Made by a program: the position numbers and the translations under genes. Below are positions 1-11,452 of a stretch of 64,000 nt of DNA, in pieces (within the stretch, counting starts at the first letter, position 1; every line of letters starts with the position of its first letter). Source of the DNA: an uncultured Gemmatimonadaceae bacterium (lineage in GTDB: Bacteria; Gemmatimonadota; Gemmatimonadetes; Gemmatimonadales; Gemmatimonadaceae); assembly GCA_963829055.1 (NCBI GenBank), contig CAWHHI010000011.1, positions 544,001-608,000 on the forward strand. The letters run 5' to 3'. Below the pieces are notes generated by a model. The model had not been told where the DNA came from. It worked only from the letters and a program-made list of their open reading frames with translations, and searched no databases.

Positions 1-789
1 GCAGGCGTGGACTCGCGCTCCGTCGTCGTTGTGGACAACGGGTCCGGCGACGACTTCGCGGCTCGCCTCGAGTCGCGCTACCCAGACGCGATTCAGCTAC
101 CCCAGTCGACTAACCTCGGGTTCGCGAAAGCGGTCAACATCGGCGCCCGATACGCCATCGCGCACGGCGCGACCGCCGTACTGTTGTTGAACAACGACGC
201 CGTCGTGATGCCTGATGCGATCCGGGAGTTCGCGACACGCCTTCGCGACTCACCCACGCTCGGCGTGATTACGGCAAAGATCTTCCTCACCGAAGCGCCG
301 GATCACCTGTGGGCCGTCGGCGGCAAGTTCACAGGGCGTCGGGTGGTCGAGATTGGCGCTGGCGAGCGCGATATCGGTGCGTACGACGACACGTCGCTCG
401 ACTTCGCCTATGGTTGCGCGCTGCTCGTACGCGCCGAGATGTTTCGCGAGATCGGCGGCTTCGATGAGCGGTTCTTCCTCTACTACGAGGACATCGACCT
501 CTGTCTTCGTGCGCGCGCCGCGGGGTGGGAGGTTGCAATGGCGCCCGCCGCGCACGTGCTCCACGAAGGCTCGAAGAGCACGCGCGGCGAGCCGACCGCT
601 AAGGTCTACCACCACGCGCGCAGTCGCGCCCTGTTCTTCGCTCGCCACGTGCATGGCACCCGCCGAGCACTGTTCATTGCGTCGGAGTTGGCATTCATCG
701 CTCGGCAGATCGGGCAGCATATCCTGAGGGGCGAGCCTCGCAACGCGATCGCGTACGTGCGCGGCACACTCGATGCGCTGCTTTCGTGA
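1..789 (+). CDS. GT2 family glycosyltransferase (5' end truncated by window)
   Basis: VVVDNGSGD, NLGFAKAVN, LLLNND, GGFDERFFLYYEDIDLC motifs; stop at 789. Confidence 0.9.
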   Translation, partial: AGVDSRSVVVVDNGSGDDFAARLESRYPDAIQLPQSTNLGFAKAVNIGARYAIAHGATAVLLLNNDAVVMPDAIREFATRLRDSPTLGVITAKIFLTEAPDHLWAVGGKFTGRRVVEIGAGERDIGAYDDTSLDFAYGCALLVRAEMFREIGGFDERFFLYYEDIDLCLRARAAGWEVAMAPAAHVLHEGSKSTRGEPTAKVYHHARSRALFFARHVHGTRRALFIASELAFIARQIGQHILRGEPRNAIAYVRGTLDALLS

Positions 790-796
790 ACCATCC

Positions 797-2008
797 GTGA
801 ACGTGTTGATGCTCACGCCAATGGTGCCGCACGCCAATGCGCCGAGCGCTGGCGCCATCGTCATGCACGGGGAGCTGATGGCCGTGGCAGCACACCACGA
901 CGTCACGCTCGCCACACTCGCGACGTCGGCCGACGATTCCGCCATTCAGACATTGCGGGATTCGGGGCTTCGCGTGCACGCGGTGCCGCGTCGGCGCGAC
1001 CACGGCGTCGGCGCCCTCGTACGCCGAGGCACGCTCGGCATCCGCTGGCGCTTTGGGCACCTACCGTTGCGTACCCTCGTGTTCCACGAGCGGGCGATGC
1101 AAGCGACACTCGACCGACTTGGCGGCGTGCCGTTCGATGCGGTTCACATCATAGACAACGCCATGGCGCAATACCGCCGTCCGCGTGCGCGTACGACCCT
1201 GCTGTCCGAATACGAGGTGCGCGTGGACGCCGAAGACGGCATGGTCTCGGCGCGCGCGATGCGTTCCGCGCGCGACCGCGAGGCCGAGCGGCAGCGGTGG
1301 CGGCGCTACCAGTCGGAGGTGTGGTCGTCTGTGGACCGCGTGCAGGTGTTCACGGATCGGGATGCAACCACGGTGCGCGAGTTGGCTCCGCAGGCGTCCG
1401 GCCGAGTGTTCGTCAACCCATTCGGTGTGGACCTGCCCGCTTCCGTCGGACACGAGCCTCTGCCCGGGAGTCTGGTCTTCGTCGGCGGGTTCGCGCATCC
1501 GCCTAACGTGGATGCGGCCGTCTGGCTCGCGGAGACAATCCTTCCACTCGTGCGCGCCCGATGCCCCGGCGCCCGCCTGACGATCGTGGGTGCCGATCCG
1601 CCCGGAGCCGTACAACGGCTTGCCGGCGCCGAGACGGTGGTCACGGGACGAGTGGACGCCGTGGATCCCTATATCGACTCGGCGGAAGTGGTCGTGGCGC
1701 CGCTACGGTCGGGCGGCGGGATGCGGCTCAAGGTGTTGCAAGCCATGGCGCGAGAGAAGCCGGTCGTGACCACGCCGCGCGGCGCCGAAGGGATCTGGAA
1801 TCCACCGGGCGCGCCGACGCTTCGCGTGGCCGATGACGCAGAGGGCATTGCCGCACACATCGTCCAGCTGTTGGGGTCGCGCGAAGCACGCTGCACGTTA
1901 GGCGCGCGCGCCCGGGCGGCGGTCGCCGAGCATCACACGTGGGAGCAATTCGCCGAGCGTGTGGACGCGCTGTACGCGTCTCTGCCGGTTGCCGGAGCGG
2001 CCGCATGA
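797..2008 (+). CDS. GT4 family glycosyltransferase
   Basis: FVGGFAHPPNVDA and APLRSGGGMRLKVLQAMA motifs; GTG start at 797 chosen by eye. Confidence 0.88.
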   Translation: MNVLMLTPMVPHANAPSAGAIVMHGELMAVAAHHDVTLATLATSADDSAIQTLRDSGLRVHAVPRRRDHGVGALVRRGTLGIRWRFGHLPLRTLVFHERAMQATLDRLGGVPFDAVHIIDNAMAQYRRPRARTTLLSEYEVRVDAEDGMVSARAMRSARDREAERQRWRRYQSEVWSSVDRVQVFTDRDATTVRELAPQASGRVFVNPFGVDLPASVGHEPLPGSLVFVGGFAHPPNVDAAVWLAETILPLVRARCPGARLTIVGADPPGAVQRLAGAETVVTGRVDAVDPYIDSAEVVVAPLRSGGGMRLKVLQAMAREKPVVTTPRGAEGIWNPPGAPTLRVADDAEGIAAHIVQLLGSREARCTLGARARAAVAEHHTWEQFAERVDALYASLPVAGAAA

Positions 2009-2796
2009 GCGAATCCCGCCAGGGCGCGGTCCCGATTCTCATGTATCACCAGGTCTCGGACACGCCGCACGCGAATTTCGTCAAATACACGGTCACGCGA
2101 CGTGCATTTTCGGCGCAGATGAAGTGGCTGGCGGCTACGGGGTATGTCTCGATCGACCTCGGCAACTTGCTCGCGCATCGGAACGGCGGAACGCCCATCC
2201 CACCTCGCGCAGTGGTCATCACGTTCGACGACGGCTTTCGCGAGTGCGCCGAGCTGGCCGCGCCAGTCATGGAAGCAAGCGGACTGACGGCGACATTCTT
2301 CCTCGTCGCGGGTCTCATGGGCGAGACGAGTCGGTGGCTCGTGGCCGAGCGCGGGATCGAGCTGCCAATCATGTCGTGGGAGAACGCCCGCGCACTCGAG
2401 AATTCGGGACATCGGTGCGAATCACACAGCATGACGCACCCGAGACTGGCCCGTCTCTCGCCATCAGCGTGTCGAGATGAGCTGTCGCGCTCGCGCGCCG
2501 TGCTCGAGAACGAGCTCGGGCATCCGGTGCGCCACCTCGCGTACCCATTCGGTTCCGAGAGTGAGCACGTGCGGGAGATCGCCGCCGAGTGTGGGTACGA
2601 GTCCGGCTGTACGGTGGCCATCGGTCTTTCATCCAGTGCAGACGATCCGCTCGGCCTCCGCCGTGTCCCCGTGTTAGGCACCGACTCGCTGCTCGACTTC
2701 ATCTCGCGTTTGAGAACGGCGTACACGGTTCGTGACCGCCTCTCGGCGCTCGCAAGATCGGTGGTCGGTGCGGCGCCGAGCGGCGTCGACACGTGA
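2005..2796 (+). CDS. Polysaccharide deacetylase (CE4/NodB family)
   Basis: PILMYH, ITFDDG, SHSMTH, AYPFG motifs; ATGA overlap with upstream stop. Confidence 0.92.
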   Translation: MSESRQGAVPILMYHQVSDTPHANFVKYTVTRRAFSAQMKWLAATGYVSIDLGNLLAHRNGGTPIPPRAVVITFDDGFRECAELAAPVMEASGLTATFFLVAGLMGETSRWLVAERGIELPIMSWENARALENSGHRCESHSMTHPRLARLSPSACRDELSRSRAVLENELGHPVRHLAYPFGSESEHVREIAAECGYESGCTVAIGLSSSADDPLGLRRVPVLGTDSLLDFISRLRTAYTVRDRLSALARSVVGAAPSGVDT

Positions 2797-2806
2797 TCGG
2801 TGGTCG

Positions 2807-3797
2807 GTGAGCACACATCCTCGCGCGAGCATCGTGATCCCGACGCACCAGCGTCGCGAGTCGCTCGCGCGCGTGCTGCGCAGCCTCACGAGCCAGTCGC
2901 TGTCGCCTGACGAGTACGAAATCATCGTCGCCATTGACGGCTCGACGGATGGAACGCGCGAGATGGTCGAGGCGTCGCAGAGCGTCAGATCAGTGTGGAA
3001 GCCGCGCGGCGGACGTGCCTCGGCGTGTAACGCCGGCCTCAGGCTCGCGGCCGCGCCGATCGTCATCTTCCTCGATGACGACATGGAGGCGACGCCCGGC
3101 TTCGTCGCCGCGCATCTCGCCGTGCACGGCGCCACATCTGACGTCGGCGTAGTGGGCGCGGTGCCGATCGCGGTGGATGGCTCCGCGACGCTGGTCACCC
3201 GGTACGTCGCGAGCAAGTTCAACGGGCATCTCGAGCAACCTCGCGAAGCCCGGCTATGTGTTCGGGCTTCGAGACTTCTACAGTGGCAACTTCTCGGTGG
3301 CACGTGACGCGATGATCGCCGTTGGCGGGTTCGATGAGGCATTCGCGGTCTACGGCAACGAAGATCTCGACCTGTCGCTGCGCCTGCGTGCCAACGGCGT
3401 GCAACTCGTCTATTCGCCGGACGCCGTGGCGTACCAGCACTACGAGAAGGACTTCGCGGCGCTAGCGCGAGATACGCGGGAGAAAGGGCGGACGGCCGTG
3501 CAGCTCGCGCGGAAGCATCCGTCGTCGGCGGCGGACCTCAAGCTGTCGCAGTTCGATCGCGGGCCGTTGGTGGGTCGGCTTGCGCGCAACGCACTGCTGG
3601 CCGCCAGTAACTGGTGGCCGCGTACGCCTGACATCGTCGTGCGAACAATGTCATGGCTCGGGAACCGACGCGCGCCGGCGTTGCACCGCGTGTACCCGGT
3701 CGCGCTCGACTACCTGTACTGGTTAGGCGTGCGATCCGCTCGGGCAGGTGATGACGCCGTCACCGAACGTGGACCAACGACCGCGCCGGTTCCGTGA
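2807..3797 (+). CDS. GT2 glycosyltransferase, frameshift near 3239
   Basis: SIVIPTH..IDGSTDGT..FLDDD in one frame continues as SGNFS..GGFDE..YGNEDLDL in the next; one extra base. Confidence 0.85.
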
Positions 3798-4906
3798 CCC
3801 GCACCGTCATTCACTACAGCGATAGCACGGTGTTCGGCGGCACGGAGCGCGCGATTCTTCACCTCGCGAAGGGAATGGATCGCGCGGAGTGGCGGGTCGT
3901 GCTGATGCACGACCACGCCGCGCCGTCGGAGCTCGTGGATCGGGCGCGCGCCGTCGGAGCAGAGACGCACGTGGCGCCGCGCGTCGGCGGGAAGCTCGAC
4001 GTCGCGCATCTCGCGGAGCTCACCGCCGCGGTGCGGAGGCATCACGCGGACGTCTTTCATGCGCATCTGCACTGGCCGTTGGCGGCCAAGTACGGGATCG
4101 CCGCGGCGGCGGCAGCGCGCGTACCGGTGGTGGTCGCCACGGCGCAGCTGCACGTGGAGCTCGATCACGCGGGCTTCGTGGACCTGCAGCATCGCGCGAT
4201 GACCAGCATGATCGACCGATACATCGCCGTCTCGCGTGACGTCGGGGCTCAGCTGCAACGGCGGTTCGGGGTCCCACCGGCAAAAGTGGTCGTCATACCT
4301 AACGCGGTCGACCTCGACGACATCGCTGCCCGTCGTGGGCCACCGCCGAACTGGCCGGCGACGCGCGGCCAGCGTGTCGCGCTCATCCTGGCCCGTCTCG
4401 AGACGGACAAAGGCATCGAGTATGCAATCGAGGCCGCTGCTACGCTCCCCAACGTCGCGCTCGTGATCGCCGGCGCCGGCACCCGCCGCGCCGATCTCGA
4501 GGCCCGTGCATCCGCGCTCGGAATCGCCGAGCGCGTGCACCTGCTCGGCCATCGGAGCGATGCCCCAGCGCTGCTCAAATACGCTGACGTGTTCGTGCTC
4601 CCGTCGCTCGTGGAGGGACTGCCGCTGTCGGTGCTCGAAGCCATGGCGGCGGGTGTGCCGGTCGTCGCGACGGACATTCCGGGAACTCGTGAGGCGGTGG
4701 AGCACGACGTCACCGGGTTGCTCGTGCCGCCGCGTGACCCACGAGCGCTGGCGCACGCAATCGACCGTGTGCTCGGTGACGTCGACTCGGCACGAGCCTG
4801 GACGCTGGCGGCTCGCGAGCGTGCGCGACGCGAGTTCTCGACCGACGCCGTCGTCGCGCGGGTGACCGAGCTGTACGCGTCGCTGCTGTCCAGGCACGCA
4901 CGGTGA
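3794..4906 (+). CDS. GT4 family glycosyltransferase
   Basis: FGGTER, ARLETDKG, PSLVEGLPLSVLEAMA motifs. Confidence 0.92.
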   Translation: MTRTVIHYSDSTVFGGTERAILHLAKGMDRAEWRVVLMHDHAAPSELVDRARAVGAETHVAPRVGGKLDVAHLAELTAAVRRHHADVFHAHLHWPLAAKYGIAAAAAARVPVVVATAQLHVELDHAGFVDLQHRAMTSMIDRYIAVSRDVGAQLQRRFGVPPAKVVVIPNAVDLDDIAARRGPPPNWPATRGQRVALILARLETDKGIEYAIEAAATLPNVALVIAGAGTRRADLEARASALGIAERVHLLGHRSDAPALLKYADVFVLPSLVEGLPLSVLEAMAAGVPVVATDIPGTREAVEHDVTGLLVPPRDPRALAHAIDRVLGDVDSARAWTLAARERARREFSTDAVVARVTELYASLLSRHAR

Positions 4907-6474
4907 CCGTCGCAAGCGCAGTGCAGCTGGCGGAGCGCGAACGCAATCGTCTTCTGCGTCGCGTGGACTGGCGATTCCTGCTCGCGCAGCCCGTGGTAGA
5001 TCGGGTGCTCTGCCTGGCCGGCGATGACCTGCGAGATGGATGTCGGCTCGTGGCGACGCACGTCGATGTCGCGCTCGCCGAGAGTAGCGGCCCATACAAT
5101 GTCGCCGTGACGCAGGACGCCGACGATGACACGCTGGCGAAGGTATTCGAGCGCCTGCGCGGCGGGGGAGAGCTATACAGCGAGTGGAGCACCGCGCAGG
5201 ACCACGACGGCATCCGCCGTCGTCTGGCTGTCGCTGGCTTCACCGACATACGGCTGTACTGGCCATGGCCAGCTCCACCTAACGCCGAAGTGTGGGTACC
5301 GCTCGACGCCCCGGTGGCCTTCGGTCACTACCTCGCGACCGATCGCCACGTGTACTCCGGGTGGCGCCACCGGCTTGGCACACAGGCGCGGCGCGCACTC
5401 GCGACCTGGCAGCTCGATTCAGGTCGAGTGGTCCCGCTCTGCGTCGTGGCTCGCGCGCGCGGCGACGCCGACGATCCCGCAGCCGAACCGGGCATTCTCC
5501 AGGCGGTCCGTGCATCGCGGCAGCTCGATCAACGCGAGGAGCGCCTAACGTGCGCGCTGCTGACCGGAGGCCCACGGGCGATCAGCAAGGTCGTTGGTCT
5601 CGTGTATTCCGACCATGCGCCCACTCCGGCGTTCGTCATCAAGTGGCCGCGGGTCGAAGAGTCCGCGGCGGGTCTCGAGCGTGAGGCCGAGGCGCTCGCG
5701 GCGTCTCACACCAGCGGTGTGGTCGTGGGCATCCCACGTCTGCTCGGCCGAACCGGGAGCGGCGTCAGGCTCGCCGTTGCGGAGACAGCGGCCCGCGGCG
5801 CGCCAATGTTCACCCGCGTGTCACGGGCGACGCTCGCACCGCTCGCCAGGGAGGGCGCGTCATGGCTCGCGGGTTTTCACGCAACGCATCGGCGCGCACC
5901 ATGTGACGCCGTGACGTGGAACGCTCGCACCACTCACGCCATCGCGCGATTCGCGGACACGTTCGACGCCGTCATCGATCCCGCGTTGCTGGACGAGACG
6001 ACGTCCGCGCTCGCGTTTCCCGGCGAAGGGATGGCGGACGTCATAGAGCACCGCGACTTCGGGCCGTGGAACATCCTCGTCGAGGACACCGGCGCGCTCA
6101 CGGTGCTCGACTGGGAATCATCGCGCGTCCATGGGTTGCCGCTGCTCGATCTCATCTACTTCGTCACGTACATGGCGTTCTTCGTGGATGGCGCAATGGT
6201 GTCTCGGCGATTCACCGAGTCGTATCGTGTGACGCTCGATCCGCGGAGCTCGACCGGTGCCCTGCGAGCGGAGTTGATGGAGCGGTATCGACAGCGGTTC
6301 GGTATCTCGGTGGCGATGGAGCGCGCGTTGCGTGCGCTCTGCTGGATCGAGCACGCGGACTCCGAATTCCAGCACTTCACCGCCGATGCGGGCGGACGTC
6401 CACCAGATGACGCGTTGCGCGCGAGCGTGTTCGTGCAGTTGTGGAAAGAAGAGATGGTCGCTCTCCGTCGGTGA
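4903..6474 (+). CDS. APH/choline-kinase-fold phosphotransferase with possible degenerate methyltransferase-like N-terminus
   Basis: FVIKWP, EHRDFGPWN and LDWE kinase motifs; N-terminal LRGGGEL..LAVAGF resembles the end of class I MTases. Confidence 0.7.
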   Translation: MTVASAVQLAERERNRLLRRVDWRFLLAQPVVDRVLCLAGDDLRDGCRLVATHVDVALAESSGPYNVAVTQDADDDTLAKVFERLRGGGELYSEWSTAQDHDGIRRRLAVAGFTDIRLYWPWPAPPNAEVWVPLDAPVAFGHYLATDRHVYSGWRHRLGTQARRALATWQLDSGRVVPLCVVARARGDADDPAAEPGILQAVRASRQLDQREERLTCALLTGGPRAISKVVGLVYSDHAPTPAFVIKWPRVEESAAGLEREAEALAASHTSGVVVGIPRLLGRTGSGVRLAVAETAARGAPMFTRVSRATLAPLAREGASWLAGFHATHRRAPCDAVTWNARTTHAIARFADTFDAVIDPALLDETTSALAFPGEGMADVIEHRDFGPWNILVEDTGALTVLDWESSRVHGLPLLDLIYFVTYMAFFVDGAMVSRRFTESYRVTLDPRSSTGALRAELMERYRQRFGISVAMERALRALCWIEHADSEFQHFTADAGGRPPDDALRASVFVQLWKEEMVALRR

Positions 6475-6517
6475 ACGCGACCCGCACCTGTCGTCCTCTC
6501 TCGCACGGTACGTCACC

Positions 6518-7222
6518 ATGTCGTCGCCATTCACCGCCCTGCACCGCCTCATTCGCTCGGTCGTTCCCATCCGCATTCGCGGCATTCCGGAGCGCGCGCG
6601 GTGGATGAACACGCACCCCATGAGCGACTCGTGGGGCTTCGAGCGCGGCACGCCTGTGGACCGGTACTACATCGAACGGTTTCTCGAGCGGAACGCCAAT
6701 GCCATTCGCGGTGACGTGCTGGAGATCAAGAGCAGCGCGTACACGGATCGGTTCGGGCGAGGCGTCGGTTCGCGGACCGTGCTCGACATCAATGCCACGA
6801 ATCCCCAGGCGACGCTCATCGGCGATCTCGCTGATCCTGCGCAGCTGCCCGCCGAACGATTCGACTGCTTCATCCTCACGCAGACGCTGCAACTGATCTA
6901 CGACATGCACTCGGCAATACAAGGAGCGCACACGGTGCTACGGAGCGGTGGCACGCTGCTCGTCACCGTGCCATGCATCAGTCGGGTCGTGCCGAGGTAC
7001 GGGCTCGAGAGCGACTTCTGGCGATTCACACCGGCGTCGTGTCGCAGGCTGTTCGGCGACGCGTTCGGCGCGACGCAGGTGACGGTCGAGCCGGTGGGCA
7101 ACGTGGGAGCGGCGGTGGCGTTTCTGCGTGGTGCCGCCATGGAGGAACTGCCACGCCACGTGCTCAATGCGAACGACCCCTACTTCCCGGTGATCATCAC
7201 CGTTCGCGCGGTCAAGCGCTGA
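6518..7222 (+). CDS. Class I SAM-dependent methyltransferase
   Basis: RGTPVDRYYIERFL, GDVLEI, FDCFILTQTLQ, LRSGGTLLVTVP, DFWRFT motifs. Confidence 0.85.
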   Translation: MSSPFTALHRLIRSVVPIRIRGIPERARWMNTHPMSDSWGFERGTPVDRYYIERFLERNANAIRGDVLEIKSSAYTDRFGRGVGSRTVLDINATNPQATLIGDLADPAQLPAERFDCFILTQTLQLIYDMHSAIQGAHTVLRSGGTLLVTVPCISRVVPRYGLESDFWRFTPASCRRLFGDAFGATQVTVEPVGNVGAAVAFLRGAAMEELPRHVLNANDPYFPVIITVRAVKR

Positions 7223-7252
7223 CGTGCGGCTGACAGCGGCGCGGCTACACAA

Positions 7253-8190
7253 TCATTTCGCATCACGCGGACGTCGGAGTCGATTGGCCACGTGACTGGT
7301 GAATAGACGTAGACGATTCGCCACACTCGGTACACCGGGCTCGCGAGCGCGCGTCATCGCCCACTGCACAGCGCTCCGTAGCTCGTCGTCGGCGAGGCCG
7401 TTCGTTTCAATAAAATCCTGAAGCCACTCCAGGTAGTGATACCGCGCCGCGACCGCGAGCCCGTCCGCTTTCGCGCGCTCGTACACCGAATCGGGATGGC
7501 GGCGATAGCGATCCCAGATGCGGTTCGCGACCAGCACATGCTCGCGCAGCATCACCTTCGCGAAGAATACGAGGTCTTCGCTCGACGCGTTCGCACCGAT
7601 GAACTCCTCGTTGAACCCGCCACTGCGCTCCACCGCCTCGCGGCGAAGAATGACGCTGCACGGACACGGCACGGCGACGGTCCCACGGAGGCAGCGCTCG
7701 AGCAAGCGCGGCGGCTCGATGACTGTATCGTGCGCGAAGCCGAGCTCCGGAACGCGATCGCGGGCGCGATCCGCGGGCGCGTTGGTCCATCCGTACCAGT
7801 AGAGCGAGTTGCCGTACAACATCCCGACGTGCGGGTGCGCCTCCAGCAGTGCGACCTGCTCGTGAAGCTTCGTGGGTAGCCAGACGTCGTCGGCATCGAG
7901 CAGCGCGATGTACGCACCGCGCGCGTGCCGGATGGCGAGATTGCGGGACGCACTCGCGCCTCGATTCTCCCCACCCGCGATGCGACAGCAGCATCATACG
8001 GTGCGGCTCGCGCGCCACGTACTCGGACGCGATGGCCGCACTTCCATCGCCACCGCCGTCGTCCACGAGCAGAAGCTCCCACGCGTCGTAGCGTCTGCGC
8101 CCGCACGCTCTCGATCGTCTCACGCAGAAAGCGCTCGGCGCGATAGACGGGGACGATCACCGATACCAGCGGACGAGCAGTCGCCGACAT
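7253..8190 (-). CDS. GT2 glycosyltransferase, several frameshifts
   Basis: LVSVIVPVY..ETIESV, WELLLVDDG, IALLDADD and SEDLVF segments lie in successive frames. Confidence 0.8.
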
Positions 8191-8195
8191 CGCGC

Positions 8196-9296
8196 TCACG
8201 GCTTCGGTGGCATGGCGCGGCGACTGCGCGACTCGGTCGAGTCGTCCGCGCAGGGCGGCCAGGCGTCGTGAGCCCGGCAGGGTACGGGCAACGAGCGGAG
8301 CCGTTAGGCTCAGGCGATCGAGCGGCTCGGCGGTAGTCGCCATCGGACAAACGCCTGGCATGTTGCTTCAGCGTCGCGGCAATCGTGCGGGCGACGTCGT
8401 GTCTTCAGCGCGTCGGGGTCAGCGAGCATCCGCGGACTCGACGCACACAGCCGATCGAGTACCGCGAGTACGCCGTCGAGCGTGGTGACAAAGTCCGTCG
8501 GCGTAAGCGCCGACGCATCTCCCCGAACCAGTGCGCCCATCGCCGAGAGCGTGGCGGCCGACGGCACGGGGAGGCCTAACGACTCGAATGTTTCGCGCCG
8601 CGATGCGCACGACTTCCCCCGACTGGTCGCCTATGGTCGCCGTGAGCGTCGTCGCCCCCATGCGGTATCTCACGAGCGAGTCGGGCAGGTTGGCGACGCG
8701 ATGAGCCACTGCCAGCCGCGACCAGAGGTCGTAGTCCTGTGCGTAGACGAACGCCTCGTCGTAGTCTCCCATCGCGCGGACCACGGCAGCGCGAAACACG
8801 ACAGCCGAGTGAACGAAGGGGCAGTAGAAGTGGAGCACCCAGCGGATCCGGTCGTAATCCACCGGCAGCGTTCGGTCGCCGAGCAATGCACCGCGTTCGT
8901 CGATCTTCCGATATGCACGCGCCGACCAGCGCCACGTCGGGATTGGCGTCGAGAAACGCGACCTGGCGAGCGAGTCGATCAGGCTCCGAGACATCGTCCG
9001 CGTCGTGTCTGGCGATGAGCATGCCTCGCGCGAGCGCGAGGCCTCTATTCAGGCTGCGCGTCAACCCGATGTTCGTGGCGTTGCGCGTTATGCGGACGCG
9101 TGCGTCGGTGATCGCGCCGAGCACGCGCGGCGGTACCGTCGGTCGAGCCGTCATCGACGACGAGAAGCTCGAAATCGCCGAACGACTGGCCGAGCACGGA
9201 GTCGATGGCCTCGCGGAGATGCCGCTCGCCATTGAAGACCGTCATCAGCACCGTCACCCGAGGCGCGGTCTGCGGCGCACGCACGTCGTCGCTCAT
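8196..9296 (-). CDS. GT2 glycosyltransferase, several frameshifts; 3' end uncertain (may be fused to next GT2)
   Basis: [30 protein letters not shown] and PFVHS..AQDYDLW segments in three frames. Confidence 0.78.
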
Positions 9297-10564
9297 AACG
9301 CTTCGTAGCTCGCCGTCGACGGCGGAACGATGTGGCCGTGATCCGCTGAATGCGGATAACTGCGTCCCGTGGATGGCGACTCGTGCACCTCGAAGCGGAC
9401 CGCGCGTTCCACGGCGTCGAGCGTGTCGGCGTGATGGCTGCCTACCCACACCGTCACGAAGTACTGGCCGGGCACGAGCGGTGGCAACTCGACCGCGATG
9501 CGCACTCGGTGACCGCCACTCGCGTCAGGCACGAACGCTTCCGGCACGAACCCTTCCAGCCGCGGCAGCGCCTGCATGAGGGCCACGCCCGCGGCGTCGA
9601 GTATGTCGACGGTCACGAATGCCGGCTTGTGACGGCCTCGCGTCTCGAGCAGGACATCCAGCTCGAGCGTCAGGTTCGGCTGCACGCCAGCGAGTCGAGA
9701 CTCGATCCGCGTGATGGCGAGCGGCGTATCGGCCGCGGACGACGGGCGCGTCCACGTGGACGCCTCCTCGCGAAATCCGTGGGCGACGTAGTACGCGATG
9801 CACTCGCCCGGCTCGCCAACCCTAACGAGTTGCCCTCCATCGAGCACCATCGCCGAACGACACAGCGTGCGCACGGCCGCCATGTTGTGACTGACGAACA
9901 ACACCGTCCTGCCCTCGCCAGCCACTCGGCCCATCTTGCCGATGCATTTTCGCTGGAACTCCAGGTCGCCGACGGCGAGCACTTCATCCACGAGCAGGAT
10001 GTCCGGCTCGAGATGCGCCGCGACGGCGAACGCGAGGCGCAGGTACATCCCACTCGAGTAGTGCTTCACCTGCGTGTCGAGGAAGCGCTCGACTTCGGCG
10101 AACGCGACGATCTCGTCGAACTTTCGCGCGATCTCCGTACGACGCATGCCGAGGATCGCGCCGTTCAGGAAGATGTTCTCGCGCCCCGTGAGATCCGGGT
10201 GAAATCCCGTTCCGACCTCGAGCAGCGAGCCCACACGTCCGACGACGCGCACTCGTCCCGTCGTCGGCTGCGTGATGCGCGAGAGGATCTTCAGCAACGT
10301 GCTCTTGCCCGCGCCGTTGCGGCCGATGATCCCGAGGGTCTCGCCTTCACGCACGTCGAACGAGACATCGCGCAGCGACCAGAGCGTCGTGGCGTCGTCG
10401 CGCTCCTCGCGCCGCGCGAACGATGCCACTGCATTCGCGGCCCGTCTCACCGCGGCGCGCGAGAACGTCGCGGCGAGCGCATCACGCAACGAATCGGATC
10501 CGGACGTCTCACCCAGCACGTACCGCTTTCCGAGGCCTGACGCGGCGATCACGGCTTCACTCAC
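9293..10564 (-). CDS. wzt: Polysaccharide ABC transporter ATPase with C-terminal extension (Wzt-C type)
   Basis: [29 protein letters not shown]; about 150 aa C-terminal domain. Confidence 0.93.
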   Translation of the reverse strand: MSEAVIAASGLGKRYVLGETSGSDSLRDALAATFSRAAVRRAANAVASFARREERDDATTLWSLRDVSFDVREGETLGIIGRNGAGKSTLLKILSRITQPTTGRVRVVGRVGSLLEVGTGFHPDLTGRENIFLNGAILGMRRTEIARKFDEIVAFAEVERFLDTQVKHYSSGMYLRLAFAVAAHLEPDILLVDEVLAVGDLEFQRKCIGKMGRVAGEGRTVLFVSHNMAAVRTLCRSAMVLDGGQLVRVGEPGECIAYYVAHGFREEASTWTRPSSAADTPLAITRIESRLAGVQPNLTLELDVLLETRGRHKPAFVTVDILDAAGVALMQALPRLEGFVPEAFVPDASGGHRVRIAVELPPLVPGQYFVTVWVGSHHADTLDAVERAVRFEVHESPSTGRSYPHSADHGHIVPPSTASYEAL

Positions 10565-10576
10565 GGCCAGTCACCG

Positions 10577-11452
10577 TCACACCAGGTCCGCGAACGTGCG
10601 CTCCACGCGCCGGAAGTAGAAGGCGCCCCCAACGAGCACGACCATCGCCGTGATGGCGGATACCGCGACCATCACTCCCGGCGCAGTGCTCGTGCCGAGC
10701 AACGACCAGCGGAAGCCTTCCACAACGCCGGTCATCGGATTGACTGCGTAGAGCACGCGCCAGCGCGCCGGCAGCAGACTGCTCGGATACGCGATGGGCG
10801 TGGCGAACAACCAGAACTGCACGAGGAACGGCACGATGTAGCGAACGTCGCGGTACCGCACACTGAGCGCGGCGAACCATATGCCTGCTCCGAGCGCCGT
10901 CACGAACGCGAGCAACGCGAGCGGCAGCACCCAGATCACGTTCCAGGTTGGGTGCACTCCATAGAAGAGCATCATCCCCACGAGCACGACGAACGCGAGC
11001 GCGAAATCGAGCGCCGCGGACAACACCGTCGCGATCGGAATCGCGAGCCGCGGGAAGTAGACCTTTCGCAGCAGGTTCTGGCTCACCACCAGACTGTTCG
11101 CCGCCTGCGTCAGCCCCTGCGCGAAGAACGTCCAGGGCACGAGCCCCGCAAAGCTCCACAGCGGGTACGGCAATCCGTCCGATGGAATGCGACCGAGGCG
11201 TCCGAAGAAGATGCTGAAGACGACCATCGCGAACACCGGCTGGAGAATCGCCCAACTGGCGCCAAGCGCGGTCTGCTTGTACCGGACCTTGATGTCGCGC
11301 CACGCGAGGAAGTACACGAGCTCTCGCTGGTCCCATAGCTCGCGGAGGTCGAGCGGGACCCAGGAGCGCGGCGGCTCGATGACCGTGACCGGTCGCGAGC
11401 CGCCGACGCCTCGGTCGCTGGCAGCGGCTGGGACGGTGGCGGAAACACGCAT
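10577..11452 (-). CDS. wzm: Polysaccharide ABC transporter permease
   Basis: RDIKVRYKQTALG, KVYFPR, TPIAYP, NPMTGVVEGFR; six hydrophobic segments. Confidence 0.93.
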   Translation of the reverse strand: MRVSATVPAAASDRGVGGSRPVTVIEPPRSWVPLDLRELWDQRELVYFLAWRDIKVRYKQTALGASWAILQPVFAMVVFSIFFGRLGRIPSDGLPYPLWSFAGLVPWTFFAQGLTQAANSLVVSQNLLRKVYFPRLAIPIATVLSAALDFALAFVVLVGMMLFYGVHPTWNVIWVLPLALLAFVTALGAGIWFAALSVRYRDVRYIVPFLVQFWLFATPIAYPSSLLPARWRVLYAVNPMTGVVEGFRWSLLGTSTAPGVMVAVSAITAMVVLVGGAFYFRRVERTFADLV

